Below are positions 13,013 through 26,150 of a stretch of 64,000 nucleotides of DNA, piece after piece. The stretch's first letter is position 1; the number at the start of each line of letters is the position of its first letter. Made by a program: the position numbers and the translations under genes. The notes beneath the pieces were generated by a model. It saw only the letters and a program-made list of their open reading frames with translations. It did no database searches and was not told where the DNA came from. The DNA is from Eledone cirrhosa (Eukaryota), in NCBI GenBank assembly GCA_964016885.1, contig OZ024740.1, positions 56,978,001 to 57,042,000 on the forward strand, read 5' to 3'.

Positions 13013-13142
13013 TATCTCCCCTTGTTTGCTGAGATTAAAATAAGTGAGTTTGTCACTACTCTAAAACAATAGCATACGGTCTTCAAAATGCTTTTAATTA
13101 AGCATAAAGTGTATTGCAAAATACATTATATATACATTCATA

Positions 13143-13205
<63 letters not shown>

Positions 13206-13445
13206 AGAAATTAAAAGATGGTTAAAAAAGTTCCATATATTTTATTATGCGCATTTCGAAAACAGCATCCTGGGAGAAAAATTGTGTTCTCATCAGATAA
13301 AATAAGGTAACATGATATGAGGCCTAAAAACACTTGTCAACAAGAAAGTGTCCATCCTACATATATATACTCCAGATCTACCAACTGTTGAGTGCTACCT
13401 ATCTGATATATGCATAATTTTATTGTTCTACAATATTACTCACCT

Positions 13446-13525
<80 letters not shown>

Positions 13526-14199
13526 TATATATATATATATATATAAGTATTAAGTTGTTAAACAATATTCTATGATTATGTCAAAGAATGAGTTTTACAG
13601 TAGATTGGAAGCACTCAACGGTAAAATAATTTTCAGGAGTTATTAATATTAAAATATAAGTATTAATAAAATAGATGTTCTTTGACTACCTTGATTAAAT
13701 CTTTGTTCGTTTGTAAACAAACAAACAGCCCGAAGTACGCCGTACAGTGTTTAGGCAACCACGTCACCTTTTTGTTCAACACTGACACAGGATCGATGTA
13801 CTAGTTTCAAGCTTATTAGCTATCGTCAGCATCGTATACCTTCCTGCTAGATGGTTGAACGTCTGAAAGTATATACTTTCCTTATGCATATTAACGACTG
13901 AGCAGCCTAATTTGCATATCGAATGAGTTCAGTCGGCCGGGCACACCGAAAACGATAAATGGAATAGAATATCTGTACGGCGTAATTCGGGCTGTTTGTT
14001 TGTTTACAAACAAACAAGCCGAGCATTATAATAAATGTTCGGTAAACCGATACGTGCATGTGTGCATGTGTGTATATATATACATACTACTGTACGTCTG
14101 TATACATATATGTATGTACGTATACATACTTACATTTAAGTAAGTGCCGTACTAAGAGTGAGAAATGAAATTTCGTTTCATTCTATTCCATTTATATAT

Positions 14200-14425
14200 T
14201 TAATAAGCTGCCAAAACAATCTGACAGCTCTACACGGTGTGCATGTAGATGTTTACAGGAGACATCTCGACATGCTGCTGACCAAGTTCCCGGATGAACC
14301 CACAGCAAGAGTCGAAGCGCTAAGATCAGCAGCAACAGACTCCTTTTTGCATCAATGGCCAACGAGGGAATACCGGCTTTAGTTAATGTCCAGCCCGTCA
14401 GCTGGATCATGTAATGGAGTTGTAG
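14200..14425 (+). mobile_element. Probable CR1/L2-like LINE 3' end fragment
   Basis: Translation [24 protein letters not shown]...[10 protein letters not shown] resembles C-termini of invertebrate CR1-like ORF2; recall only. Confidence 0.45.
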
Positions 14426-14497
14426 AATATATATATATATATATGTAAGTATGTATGTATACGTACATACATATATGTATACAGACGTACAGTAGCA

Positions 14498-14589
<92 letters not shown>

Positions 14590-14940
14590 TGCATACAGGT
14601 ACACATACATATATGCACGCATCAGTTTAGCCGACGTTTATTATAACGCCGCTTTGTTCGTTTGTTTGTCAACAAACCGAACAGCCTGAATTTATGCCAT
14701 ACGGTGGTAAGGCAACCACGTCACCTTTTTGTTCAACACTGACACAGGAACGATGTACTAGTTTCAAGCGTGTTAGCTATCATCAGCACCGTTTACCCAT
14801 CTGCCAGATAGTTGAACGTTCGAAAGTATATACTTTCCTTATGAAAATTAACGGCTGAGCAGCCTAATTTGCATATTGCCGTTAATTTTCATAAGGAAAG
14901 TATATACTTTCGAACGTTCAACTATCTGGCAGATGGGTAA

Positions 14941-14983
14941 ACGGTGCTGATGATAGCTAACAAGCTTGAAACTAGTACATCGT
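14941..14983 (+). ncRNA. Type I hammerhead, family E; copies 13794-13834(-), 14750-14792(-), 57457-57498(-), 57799-57841(+)
   Basis: ACGGTG-CTGATGA-TAGCT(AACA)AGCTT-GAAA-CTAG-TA-CATCGT; the copy at 13794 has a perfect CGATG/CATCG stem I. Confidence 0.85.
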
Positions 14984-15139
14984 TCCTGTGTCAGTGTTGA
15001 ACAAAAAGGTGACGTGGTTGCCTTAACACCGTATGGCATAAATTCAGGCTGTTCGGTTTGTTGACAAACAAACGAACAAAGCGGCGTTATAATAAACGTC
15101 GGCTAAACTGATGCGTGCATATATGTATGTGTACCTGTA

Positions 15140-15197
<58 letters not shown>

Positions 15198-15310
15198 TGC
15201 TACTGTACGTCTGTATACATATATGTATGTACGTATACATACATACTTACATTTAAGTAAGTGCCATACTAAGAGTGAGAAATGAAATTTCGTTCTCATT
15301 TTTTTTTCAA

Positions 15311-15389
<79 letters not shown>

Positions 15390-15943
15390 CAACTAGAAAT
15401 TGATTAACATTTAAATAAACACATGAATAATCTGTTGAAAGGACTTGACTGCTGTTTCTAGTTGTCGATAACCCTATTCACGCCACTGGGACGAAGCTGG
15501 TATGATGTGTGTATTTCTAGTAGATACAGCACGTGTTACTGGCCAGTCGCTGATTTGAACTTAATGCGTAAACACAGACAGCCGGACTTCTTCCTTGTTG
15601 AAAATCCAAGTACCGACATTCGATTAATTGGTGAAATATATTTCTTTAATGGAATATATACAGGGAAGATTAATCATATTATAAGGTATCTATTTTTGAA
15701 GTTCTAGTTAACTTTATTTAGTTACCTACCTAGCTATGTGTGCTTACACACTTGTAAAAATTATCTCCTGTGATTATTCATGTGTTTATTTATATGTTAA
15801 TCAATTTCTAGTTGTTATAAAATACTCGGACCTATTCATTAGAATCTTAGAGCTTATTTTGCGGGTGATATGGCGCATGCCTTTCTGGCATGACACCCAC
15901 AACTTTGATTTAGATTAAATTCATTTTGATTTATCTTAATTTT

Positions 15944-15995
<52 letters not shown>

Positions 15996-16000
<5 letters not shown>

Positions 16001-16295
16001 TAAACGGAATAGAAAATGCTGACAAATTGTTCACAGTTGAAAAATGGTTTAATTAGGAATAAAAGAGTATTAGTGATTGTATGGGTTAGTATTCAGTTGT
16101 GGTTTTAAGTTTTTAAGTTTTTACCGGTTGCGCATTTCTAAATGCTTTTCAAAAATAATTTTGAAATAGAGTGTCCGTGCTGTTTGCTCTAGCAAACAGC
16201 ACGGACACTCTATCTCAAAATACTCTTTTATTCCTAATTAAACCATTTTTCAACTGTGAACAATTTGTCAGCATTTTCTATTCCGTTTACCGATA
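15996..16295. mobile_element. Short foldback of family F pLTR-like sequence with a degenerate hammerhead at 16118-16156(-)
   Basis: GGTAAACGGAATAGAAAATGCTGACAAATTG... is inverted at 16220-16291; TTGAAAA-GCATTT(AG)AAATGC-GCAA-CCGG-TA. Confidence 0.7.
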
Positions 16296-16328
16296 TATAA
16301 TAACTTGTGCGTTACACCTCTATTCTTT

Positions 16329-16459
<131 letters not shown>

Positions 16460-16599
16460 TTCTGTGTGTGTGTGTGTGTGTGTATACAAATGTATATATA
16501 CTTATATACATATATATATATATATATTTATACATATATGTCTAGGGCAGGTAAAATTCCCGAGACTATTGATTTCGCCTTGCGCTGGAGAAACACCAG

Positions 16600-17370
16600 G
16601 ACTCTATCTTTACTGTAACACCGGCTCAGAGCAGGAGAGTTAAGGCAAAAAAGATATCCGATGCTGAATTTGCCGACGACGTAGTTCTGGTGACAAACAC
16701 AGTGAAGGAGGCAGACGATTTGATGCAGGAGGTGGAGACTGTGTCGATGAGTGTGGGGCTGAGAATGAATCCAATTAAGACGAAGTATCTGGTAGAGAAT
16801 ATTAAGAAGCCAGAGAAGATTACTAATGTAGGTGGGAAGCCGCTTTGATTGGTTGAGGACTTCCTGTATTTGGGAGAAAAGATTGGGAATACGGAAGATG
16901 ATGTGGTCGAGAGGAAGAGCAAAGCCTGGGCAGTGTGCCACAGCTTCAGATCGGTGTGGAAATCGGATCTTCGTAAAGACCTGAAGATCCGTCTCTTTGT
17001 TGCTGTAGTGGAGTCTGTGCTGCTGTACGGGTCTGAGACTTGGACACTGACCAAGAAACTCACTCAGATGGTGGATGGGTGCTACACGAGAATGCTGAGG
17101 ATGGCTCTGAACATTAATCAGTATACACTGAGGATGAAGAACTCAGGGCTGTACGGGAGTCGCCCAAAAGTCAGCTATAGAGTAACCCAGAGGAGACTGA
17201 GGTTAGCTGGACATGCTAAGAGATATCCAGAGTTGACACTGCACCCAGTGCTTCTGTGGAAGCCCCTGCATGGACACACTGGAAGAGGAAGACCGAGGTT
17301 AACATATGTTGATACACTAAGGACAGACACTGGTCTGTTGGAGACGCAAGACCGGCAGCGATGATGAGGG
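16600..17370 (+). pseudogene. RTE-like non-LTR retrotransposon RT C-terminal fragment
   Basis: EFADD at ~16666-16680, then FLYLG, KIRLF..VVESVLLYGSETWTL, RMLR, RRLRLAGH, GRGRP; in-frame stop near 16846. Confidence 0.85.
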
Positions 17371-17556
17371 ACAGAGATCGCTAGCGAGAATTCGTCCATG
17401 GATCTCGGGAATTTTACCAGCCCTAGACATACATATATACATCTATATATACATATATAAACATAGTATGCTAGGGAAAGGATCAGGGGTGTATAACACT
17501 CCACTTATCCAGCAGGCAGTATGAGGTTAGCTCAATGTCTGAGGACAGAGCCGTAA

Positions 17557-18208
17557 TATAATAAATAAATAACAAAGAACGCTTATAGCATATGCATATC
17601 TTTACTTGCTAACATTGTTTCATCCGCACTATAAGTGGGACTCATCAGAGCATAAAGGTTAATTACATACCATACAAGCAATAACAAATCCAAGACATTG
17701 AAGAATGAAAGGTAATAATAGACGATAGAGGATAAGAATAAAAATAAAAATAAAAGTAAAAATAAAAATAAAAATAAAAATAAGGGGTGCTATCAGTCAC
17801 AGTTGGGCGGTGTGCTGTCAACATATAGTTACATACAAGCATACACATGGATAAGAGAACAGACAAGAGTAGACACCTGGATAAGAGAACAGACAAGAGT
17901 AGATAAGATAATGGGATTAGGTAAGAGTAGGTAAAAAATAGGTAAAAAACAGACTAATAATATATATAAAAAGAAATACAAAGAAATACATAACAAACTT
18001 ACATATAAAATATAAAATATAGGGTAAGGAATGAGATAAAATAATATAAAATTAAAAATTAAAAATTATATACATAGAACATAATATAGTATAATCGTAA
18101 AATAAGATAAAATAAGGTAAACTAAAATCAGATAACATAGACTAAATTAAAATTAAAATCAAATGTATAATTATAATTATATGTATAATTAAATGTAATT
18201 AAATGTAA

Positions 18209-18248
<40 letters not shown>

Positions 18249-18317
18249 AAATTAAATAAATAAATAAAATTAAAATTTAAATTTTAAAATTTTAAAATTA
18301 AAATCTAAATTTAAATA

Positions 18318-18360
<43 letters not shown>

Positions 18361-19797
18361 ATGGAGTCAAGTAAGTAAATAAATAAAATTAGATAACATG
18401 AAATGAAATAAAATAAAATGAAATAAAGTAAATTGAGATAAGATATATATTTTTTTTAAATATATCTCTTGAATATATCAGGGGCCCACGAAGGCACTAA
18501 ATGTCACAGTTATGTGTATCACTTGACCAATTTTTTAAAATATATTTCTTGAAAACATCAGGGGCCCACGAAGGCACTAAGTGTCACAGTCACCAGTATC
18601 ACTTGACCATTGCAAGGCAATGGAGGCGTCCCAGGTTGGGCAGTCTCGAAAGTTCACTCGAAAGTCATGGGTGTGCATTCACACAGTTGAGCGGTAGGGT
18701 AATCACCAACCGGTTCACACACCAATTTTTTAAAATATATTTCTTGAAAACATCAGGGGCCCACGAAGGCACTAAGTGTCACAGTCACCAGTATCACTCG
18801 AGCGGTGGGGTAATCACAAACCGGTTCACACACGGGCAGGAGTCAAATGGTCAGAGAGGTGCATCAAAGGAGGTAGAAGAATTCACATGCATTAGCAAGC
18901 GTGAGGTTAAAGCAAGCAGATACAGTTGTAGCGCATACAAAATATATATAAAAAAAGACAGAAGATATATATAAAAAAATAGCTTCAAGAGCCATTAAGT
19001 CACCGCATTGGGACATCACAAGATTGTACACATCAATATGTTCAGCACGTATATGCACGTATACACACCACATGCATATGCAGAGACGGTATACATATAT
19101 ATATATATATATTTTTTTATATATACACACAGACACATATAACCACCTACACCCATACACATATAAATGTATACACGGGCACACACGCACACACACACAG
19201 CGTAGGACACCCGGGTCAAAGCCGATATTAAATACGATATTAAATACGATATTAAACACCGAAATACCACATTAGACCAGACCCACCACCACAGGTAATA
19301 TATTCAAAACAAATACATACGATGAGATGTATTAAAATAAAGTTGAAATCCTACGGAGATATTCATGTCTGCACGTGCCATTGACCGATTCGAGTGGGCC
19401 CCTGATGTTTTCAAGAAATATATTTTAAAAAATTGGTGTGTGAACCGGTTTGTGATTACCCCACCGCTCAACTGTGTGAATGCACACCCATGACTTTCGA
19501 GTGAACTTTCGAGACTGCCCAACCTGAGACGCCTCCATTGCCTTGCAATGGTCAAGTGATACTGGTGACTGTGACACTTAGTGCCTTCGTGGGCCCCTGA
19601 TGTTTTCAAGAAATATATTTTAAAAAATTGGTCAAGTGATACACATAACTGTGACATTTAGTGCCTTCGTGGGCCCCTGATATATTCAAGAGATATATTT
19701 TAAAAAAATATATATCTTATCTCAATTTACTTTATTTCATTTTATTTTATTTCATTTCATGTTATCTAATTTTATTTATTTACTTACTTGACTCCAT

Positions 19798-19832
<35 letters not shown>

Positions 19833-19901
19833 TATTTAAATTTAGATTTTAATTTTAAAATTTTAAAATTTAAATTTTAATTTTATTTATTTATTTAATT
19901 T

Positions 19902-19933
<32 letters not shown>

Positions 19934-20594
19934 TTACATTTAATTACATTTAATTATACATATAATTATAATTATACATTTGATTTTAATTTTAATTTAG
20001 TCTGTTATCTGATTTTAGTTTACCTTATTTTATCTTATTTTACGATTATACTATATTATGTTCTATGTATATAATTTTTAATTTTTAATTTTATATTATT
20101 TTATCTCATTCCTTACCCTATATTTTATATTTTATATGTAAGTTTGTTATGTATTTCTTTGTATTTCTTTTTATATATATTATTAGTCTGTTTTTTACCT
20201 ATTTTTTACCTATTTTTTACCTACTCTTACCTAATCCCATTATCTTATCTACTCTTGTCTGTTCTCTTATCCAGGTGTCTACTCTTGTCTGTTCTCTTAT
20301 CCATGTGTATGCTTGTATGTAACTATATGTTGACAGCACACCGCCCAACTGTGACTGATAGCACCCCTTATTTTTATTTTTATTTTTATTTTTACTTTTA
20401 TTTTTATTTTTATTCTTATCCTCTATCGTCTATTATTACCTTTCATTCTTCAATGTCTTGGATTTGTTATTGCTTGTATGGTATGTAATTAACCTTTATG
20501 CTCTGATGAGTCCCACTTATAGTGCGGATGAAACAATGTTAGCAAGTAAAGATATGCATATGCTATAAGCGTTCTTTGTTATTTATTTATTATA
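17557..20594. mobile_element. ~3-kb foldback element, arms ~17557-18764 and ~19394-20594, with a hammerhead near each outer end
   Basis: Mirrored ORFs 17663..17896(-)/20144..20488(+) and 18501(+)/19657(-); very AT-rich arms; decayed GIY-YIG-like peptide in the spacer. Confidence 0.85.
20494..20551 (+). ncRNA. Type I hammerhead, family G; mirror copy 17600-17657(-)
   Basis: CTTTATGCT-CTGATGA-GTCC-CACT(TAT)AGTG-C-GGAT-GAAA-C(AAT)G-TT-AGCA(AG)TAAAG. Confidence 0.78.
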
Positions 20595-21201
20595 TATAAA
20601 CATACATATATACTTATATATATGCATATACTTATATATATGCATATATAAATATGTACATATATATACATGTATATATATTAACATATACATATATATA
20701 TGCATATATATAAACATGTGCATATACATATACATATACTTATATATATATATATACATATACATGTACATATATATATATATAAACATATTGTAATATA
20801 TTTATGTGTATCTCTATTTGTTTGTGTCCTTGTCAGTGCCTCTATGTGTGTGTGCGCGTTTGTGTGATTGCTTTCTGTCTCTGTGTGTATGAGTGTATTC
20901 ATGTTATTTATTTATTCATGTTTATATGCCGTAAAGAGATCGATAAAATACATATCAAACTTGAGAGAATTTTACTAGAGTCGTTATGATCGACTTTAAT
21001 ACGGTGCTACAGCATGGCCGCTCTCTAATGCCTGAAACTAGTATCAGAATATAAGCATAAAAGTATAAGGTGTGAAACACTTTTCTTATTTTCTTATGTT
21101 TTTGAAGAGATTATCTAAGTTTTTTAGTTTTTTAGATATTCACGGTCACACAGGCATACCCTTCCTCGTAATACTTATATAATTTTACATATATATCAAT
21201 A

Positions 21202-21324
<123 letters not shown>

Positions 21325-21423
21325 ATATATAAGTATATATAAATATAAATTCAGCGAGAATCGCATTTCGGCGGGTAGAAAAAGCGAAACGTAACGCAAA
21401 TTCCGAGTCATGCAGGCAAGTCG

Positions 21424-21476
<53 letters not shown>

Positions 21477-21630
21477 CAAGGCTCTGATACCATCAACACT
21501 ATAAACACAGAGCTGGCATATCTAAGAACTGACTAACTCCTGATGAGGTCATAGCCATTCAATGGCTATCATCGAAATATATATAGCAGTAAATAAAGGG
21601 TTATGAGTTCATGCAATGGACTTGTTTCGT

Positions 21631-21696
<66 letters not shown>

Positions 21697-21701
<5 letters not shown>

Positions 21702-21793
21702 GTTTCTGAATTTGTTTAGCAAAATTCTTTATCTGAAATCGTGTGTTGAAACCGATATTGTTATACTTTGGCAACATGACCCTCCCAAAGTAT

Positions 21794-21800
<7 letters not shown>
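21697..21800 (-). mobile_element. PLE-C family fragment (pLTR end/ORF start) between (TA)n tracts; similar piece at ~56922-56990
   Basis: [21 protein letters not shown] matches the PLE-C N-terminus [22 protein letters not shown]. Confidence 0.75.
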
Positions 21801-21879
<79 letters not shown>

Positions 21880-21905
21880 ATAGAGGTGTAACACACAAGT
21901 TATGA

Positions 21906-23449
21906 TATATTGGTAAACGGAAAAGAAAATGCTGACAAATTGTTCACAGTGAAAAATAGTTTAATTAGGAATAAGTGAGAATTAGTAATAGTATTGGTTA
22001 GTATTCAGTTTTTGGTTTTAAGTTTTACCGGTTGCGCATTTCTAAAGCTTTTCAAAAATAATTTTGAGATAGAGCGTCCGTGATGTTTGCTCTAATCTGA
22101 TTAGTTTTGGAAATTCTATCTGTTTTTATGTTAAAAAAAGTGGCTCAAGCAGTATTAAAATAAGTTTTGCGCCAATTCGTGTTGCAAAAATTCTTGTGGT
22201 CAAAACAATTTTGATTGGTCGGTAGAGGTCATGTGAATGTTAAAAATTGATTTTGCGCCAAATGTAGGTTTGTGTCGGCTGATTGAGAAGTCACTGAAAA
22301 ATAAGTCTTTCAAAACAAATGTGTGTGTGTGTGTGTGTGTGTGTAGTAGTAGTAAAGAGGTTCGTTGTTGTGATAATGGTCAGCAGGGATGTGTGTGCGA
22401 ACCGCAGCCTGTTGATAGTTCAAATGCCTATTAAGACAAGTGTGTGCGTGTGTGTGTGTAGCAGAGTAATTCGTGGTAGAAGGATGTTCAGTAGGAATGT
22501 GTCTGTAAGTGTGTGGGGGATATTTTAACATGTTAAAAGATATTTTTCAGCTCTTGTCTTATACGGAGAAGTGTGTGTGTGTGTGTGTGTGCGTGTGCGT
22601 GTGTGTGTGTGTGTGTCACTTTGTATGTTAATGTACGCGTGTGTATGTGTGTGTGTGTATATATGTGCGTGTGTGCGCATACACGTGTGTGTGTGAGAAT
22701 GTGTGTGTGGGGGGGGGACCAGTAATTATTTTTTTGATACTGGTGAAATGGTGTACATTATTCGATATTTTCAGTAAAATCGATTCTCTCAATAGAACAT
22801 CAAAAACCTTAATAATAAAAGGTGTGAAATGATATATAGTATTGGCATAATACCAAGGTGTGTGTGAGTGTTTCCAGATTGTACGTACTGCAAGGGGAAT
22901 CCATTAGGCCTTGCCGTATTGGAATACCTGTGTACAAATATGTATCTGGAGTGTGTCCAGAAATTGTATACCTGTGTACAAATTGTATATATATGTATCT
23001 GCAGTGTGTCCAGAAATTGTATACTTGTGTACAAATATGTATCTGGAGTGTGTCCAGATTGTACGTACTGCAAGGGGAATCCATTAGGCCTTGCCGTATT
23101 GGAATACTTGTGTACCTAATATGTATGTGCCCATCAGTGTGCAATGCATGTGTGTGTTTATGTATGTGTGTGTGTCGGCACGTTTATATCTATAGACATC
23201 AAAAGGTATGCAAATTTGTGTATATTGTTTAACATAAAAACAGGTAAAGTTTCCAAAACTAATCAGATTAGAGCAAACATCACGGACGCTCTATCTCAAA
23301 ATTATTTTTGAAAAGCATTAGAAATGCGCAACCTGTAAAACTTAAAACCAAAAACTGAATACTAACCAATACTATTACTAATTCTCACTTATTCCTAATT
23401 AAACTATTTTTCACTGTGAACAATTTGTCAGCATTTTCTTTTCCGTTTA

Positions 23450-23457
<8 letters not shown>
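21906..23457. mobile_element. ORF-less family F element with ~200-bp terminal inverted repeats and degenerate hammerheads (22023-22059(-), 23305-23340(+))
   Basis: 21906-22125 is inverted at ~23254-23457; the interior resembles the UTR region at 43900-44600; internal direct repeats 22875-23115. Confidence 0.75.
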
Positions 23458-23485
<28 letters not shown>

Positions 23486-23490
<5 letters not shown>

Positions 23491-23925
23491 AAGTTAAATA
23501 AAAAGTCAAATGTTTAAAATTTAGCTTCGTTTATTACTGCTATATATATTTCAGTGACAGCCATCTTTGGCTGTGACCTCTTCAGGCAGTTTGAATTAGT
23601 GTGGTATAGACAAGTACATATGTTGTTGAGGTGTATAATTTTATCAATACTCTGATATGCCCAGTTCCTGGTTGGGTTGTTATTTCACTGAGGAACTGGA
23701 ATCATATGATTCCAGTTCCTCAGTGAAATAACAACCCAACCAGGAACTGGGCATATCAGAGTATTGATAAAATTATACACCTCAACAACATATGTACTTG
23801 TCTATACCACACTAATTCAAACTGCCTGAAGAGGTCACAGCCAAAGATGGCTGTCACTGAAATATATATAGCAGTAATAAACGAAGCTAAATTTTAAACA
23901 TTTGACTTTTTATTTAACTTTATTT
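23486..23925. repeat. 440-bp spacerless palindrome centred at 23705/23706
   Basis: ...GAACTGGAATCAT|ATGATTCCAGTTC...; arms matched wherever I compared them. Confidence 0.9.
23821..23875 (+). ncRNA. Type I hammerhead, family H; mirror copy 23536-23590(-), diverged relative 21535-21590(+)
   Basis: ACTGC-CTGAAGA-GGTCACAGCCA(AAGA)TGGCTGTCACT-GAAA-TATATA-TA-GCAGT; the 21540 copy has ATAGCCATT/AATGGCTAT in stem II (compensatory changes). Confidence 0.85.
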
Positions 23926-24495
23926 TACATTACTCCGGAGTAACCAAATCAACCTGCGCACTTCGTCGAGTGCTCCAGCCTGCATACTGAAGTGTTGGTA
24001 TACAACCAACATATACTCAAAATATATACATATATATATATGTGTGTGTGTAAGCGAAGAGTGCAGTTCAAAGTGTTAGTATTAGGTTCATGCTTGAGAG
24101 TGCGGGTAGGGGATGACGTTTCGCGCATAAGCCCTTCATCGGGAGAAAAGTGGGCAGGATATATATATAATGTTTAATATAGAAATGGCTTCTACAGTAC
24201 TAGAACTGTTTCTTTAGAAGGAAATCATCAGGAAAGGGCTTTCCTGATAATTTCCGTTGAATGAAGCAGTCCTAATCCAGTAGAAGCCATTTCTATATTA
24301 AACATTATATACTCTACTATGTATTGAGTAACTTACTTACTGTGGTTACCCCCGATTGAACCCGGGATACATATATCTATATACATATATAGAGATATAG
24401 AGATATATACATACATATATATATGTGTGTATGTATATATATATATACATATATATGTATGTATATTGGATTTTAGTCTTCAAATTTATTATTAT

Positions 24496-24627
<132 letters not shown>

Positions 24628-25055
24628 ATAAACGTGCTGCGTGGTTGCAAATGGGTTACATATGAATAAAGTGGTCCTTCATCAGTGATCTTCCAACCAT
24701 CATCGGTATTACTTCGCTTTAAAGACCATATACCTCCGGTTGGTGCGAGCAACGGCTAAAGAAAGTCGTTGGGACACGTAAATAAAGGGAACAGCGAGAG
24801 TGTAAACAAACAAAGATGGTGAAACAACGAAAAGTGAGGAAGAACGAGTCAAGTCCCAAATTTCCATGAATATAAGTTCGGTGAAATCGTGACCGAGAGA
24901 GAATAAAGACCATCAAACCTGGTTGAAATGTGAGCAAGGAAGGAATTCCGCACAGGTCTAACGGGAGGAAGAAGGGGTCTAGTCTGTGAATTCGGTGAAC
25001 ATAAGTTCTGTGAAATCGTAGACGAGAGAGAGAAAAAATGCGAACACATACATAT

Positions 25056-25112
<57 letters not shown>

Positions 25113-25135
25113 GTATATAGATAGACAGATAGAAC

Positions 25136-25136
<1 letters not shown>

Positions 25137-25218
<82 letters not shown>
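25137..25218. repeat. (GATA)n microsatellite; dozens of (TA)n, (CA)n, (TACA)n, (GA)n and (AAG)n tracts occur throughout the window
   Basis: Direct reading. Confidence 0.95.
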
Positions 25219-25219
<1 letters not shown>

Positions 25220-25737
25220 GTATAAAACTTATGCCAAAATCTCAATTTACACACATACATATTTACATCTAAGTATCTGTGTGATATGTGTGGGTAGTCT
25301 GTTCCATGTCAAAGTAGCCTTCAATAAAACATCGCTGCCAAATAGGACCACACTAAGTAGAAGTGAATAAAAGAGTATCATTCCGTTGGTTCACGATATC
25401 ATTTAATACTAAAACTATTAAAACCTGTATCAATGCTACTGTTACTTCAGATAATGCATATTATGTTTGAAATATCTATGAGAATGATATTATATAATTA
25501 TATTTTTAAACGGAATTCGGATTAAATAGTTCATTGTAAACCTAGAATCTATAGAGCCTTACAAAATATAATACCTTTTAACCCTCACCTCGCCCCTGGT
25601 TCAATCCCCGCCGAGATCAACGCCGAATTCATTCTTCATAGGGATGGATAAAATGAAATTCTAATCCTAGATATGAATAAAATTGTCATAGTAGACAAAA
25701 CTGTTTATCTTGTTTATTTTTTCTTTCATACTCTAAA

Positions 25738-26150
25738 TAATTGTTTCTACTTTTTGGCACAAGTCAAGCAATTACCCAGTGCATTACTGGTACTTTATTT
25801 TATCGACCGCGTAAGGATGAAAGGCAAAGTTAACCATGGTGGGATTTGAACTCAGAATGGCAAGGGCCATAACTCTATGCGTCAAAGCACGGCGTCCGAC
25901 CCTCTACCGATACTGCCAATCCACAATAATGGTGGTGTATTAGCAGAATTGTTAGAACGTTGGACAAAATGCTTTGTGCTAGTTATACCGGCTCTTTACG
26001 GTTTGGTTTCTAATCTCACTAGGATCAACTTTACTTTTCATCTTTCTGGGGTCGATAAAAATAAAGCATCATTCAAGTATTTGGGTGATGTACTCGACTT
26101 GTCCTTCCCCAAAAATTACTTGTCTTGTGCTTAAATTAGAAATAATTATT
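25738..26150. mobile_element. Two copies of a tRNA-derived SINE (25738-25922(-), 25930-26150(+))
   Basis: On the sense strand a B-box GAGTTCAAATCC is followed by GGTTAACTTTGCCTTTCATCCTTAC..GGTCGATAAAATAAAGTACCAG; at least 8 copies in the window. Confidence 0.8.

Larger units (their letters stand above)
13700..15300. mobile_element. Family E non-coding foldback repeats (several inverted copies); related cluster at 57190-58290, fragment at 28858-28935
   Basis: ~14595-14850 is inverted at ~14882-15145; shared terminus AAACGAAATTTCATTTCTC..TCTTAGTA; flanked by (TA)n; carries hammerheads. Confidence 0.8.

Noticed and set aside
22875-23115. Regularly spaced direct repeats (also 37052-37245, 18460-18830, 24865-25035) resembling an array
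   Set aside because: Local duplications inside element UTRs; eukaryotic context, no unique spacers and no cas genes.
24111-24150. CCGATGA-AGGGC(TTAT)GCGC-GAAA-CG-TC on the minus strand
   Set aside because: Core is hammerhead-like but stem I does not pair; counted only as a possible remnant and not listed as a feature.
25590-25660. tRNA-like GGTTCAATCCCCG
   Set aside because: No cloverleaf; it continues into a degenerate SINE body.
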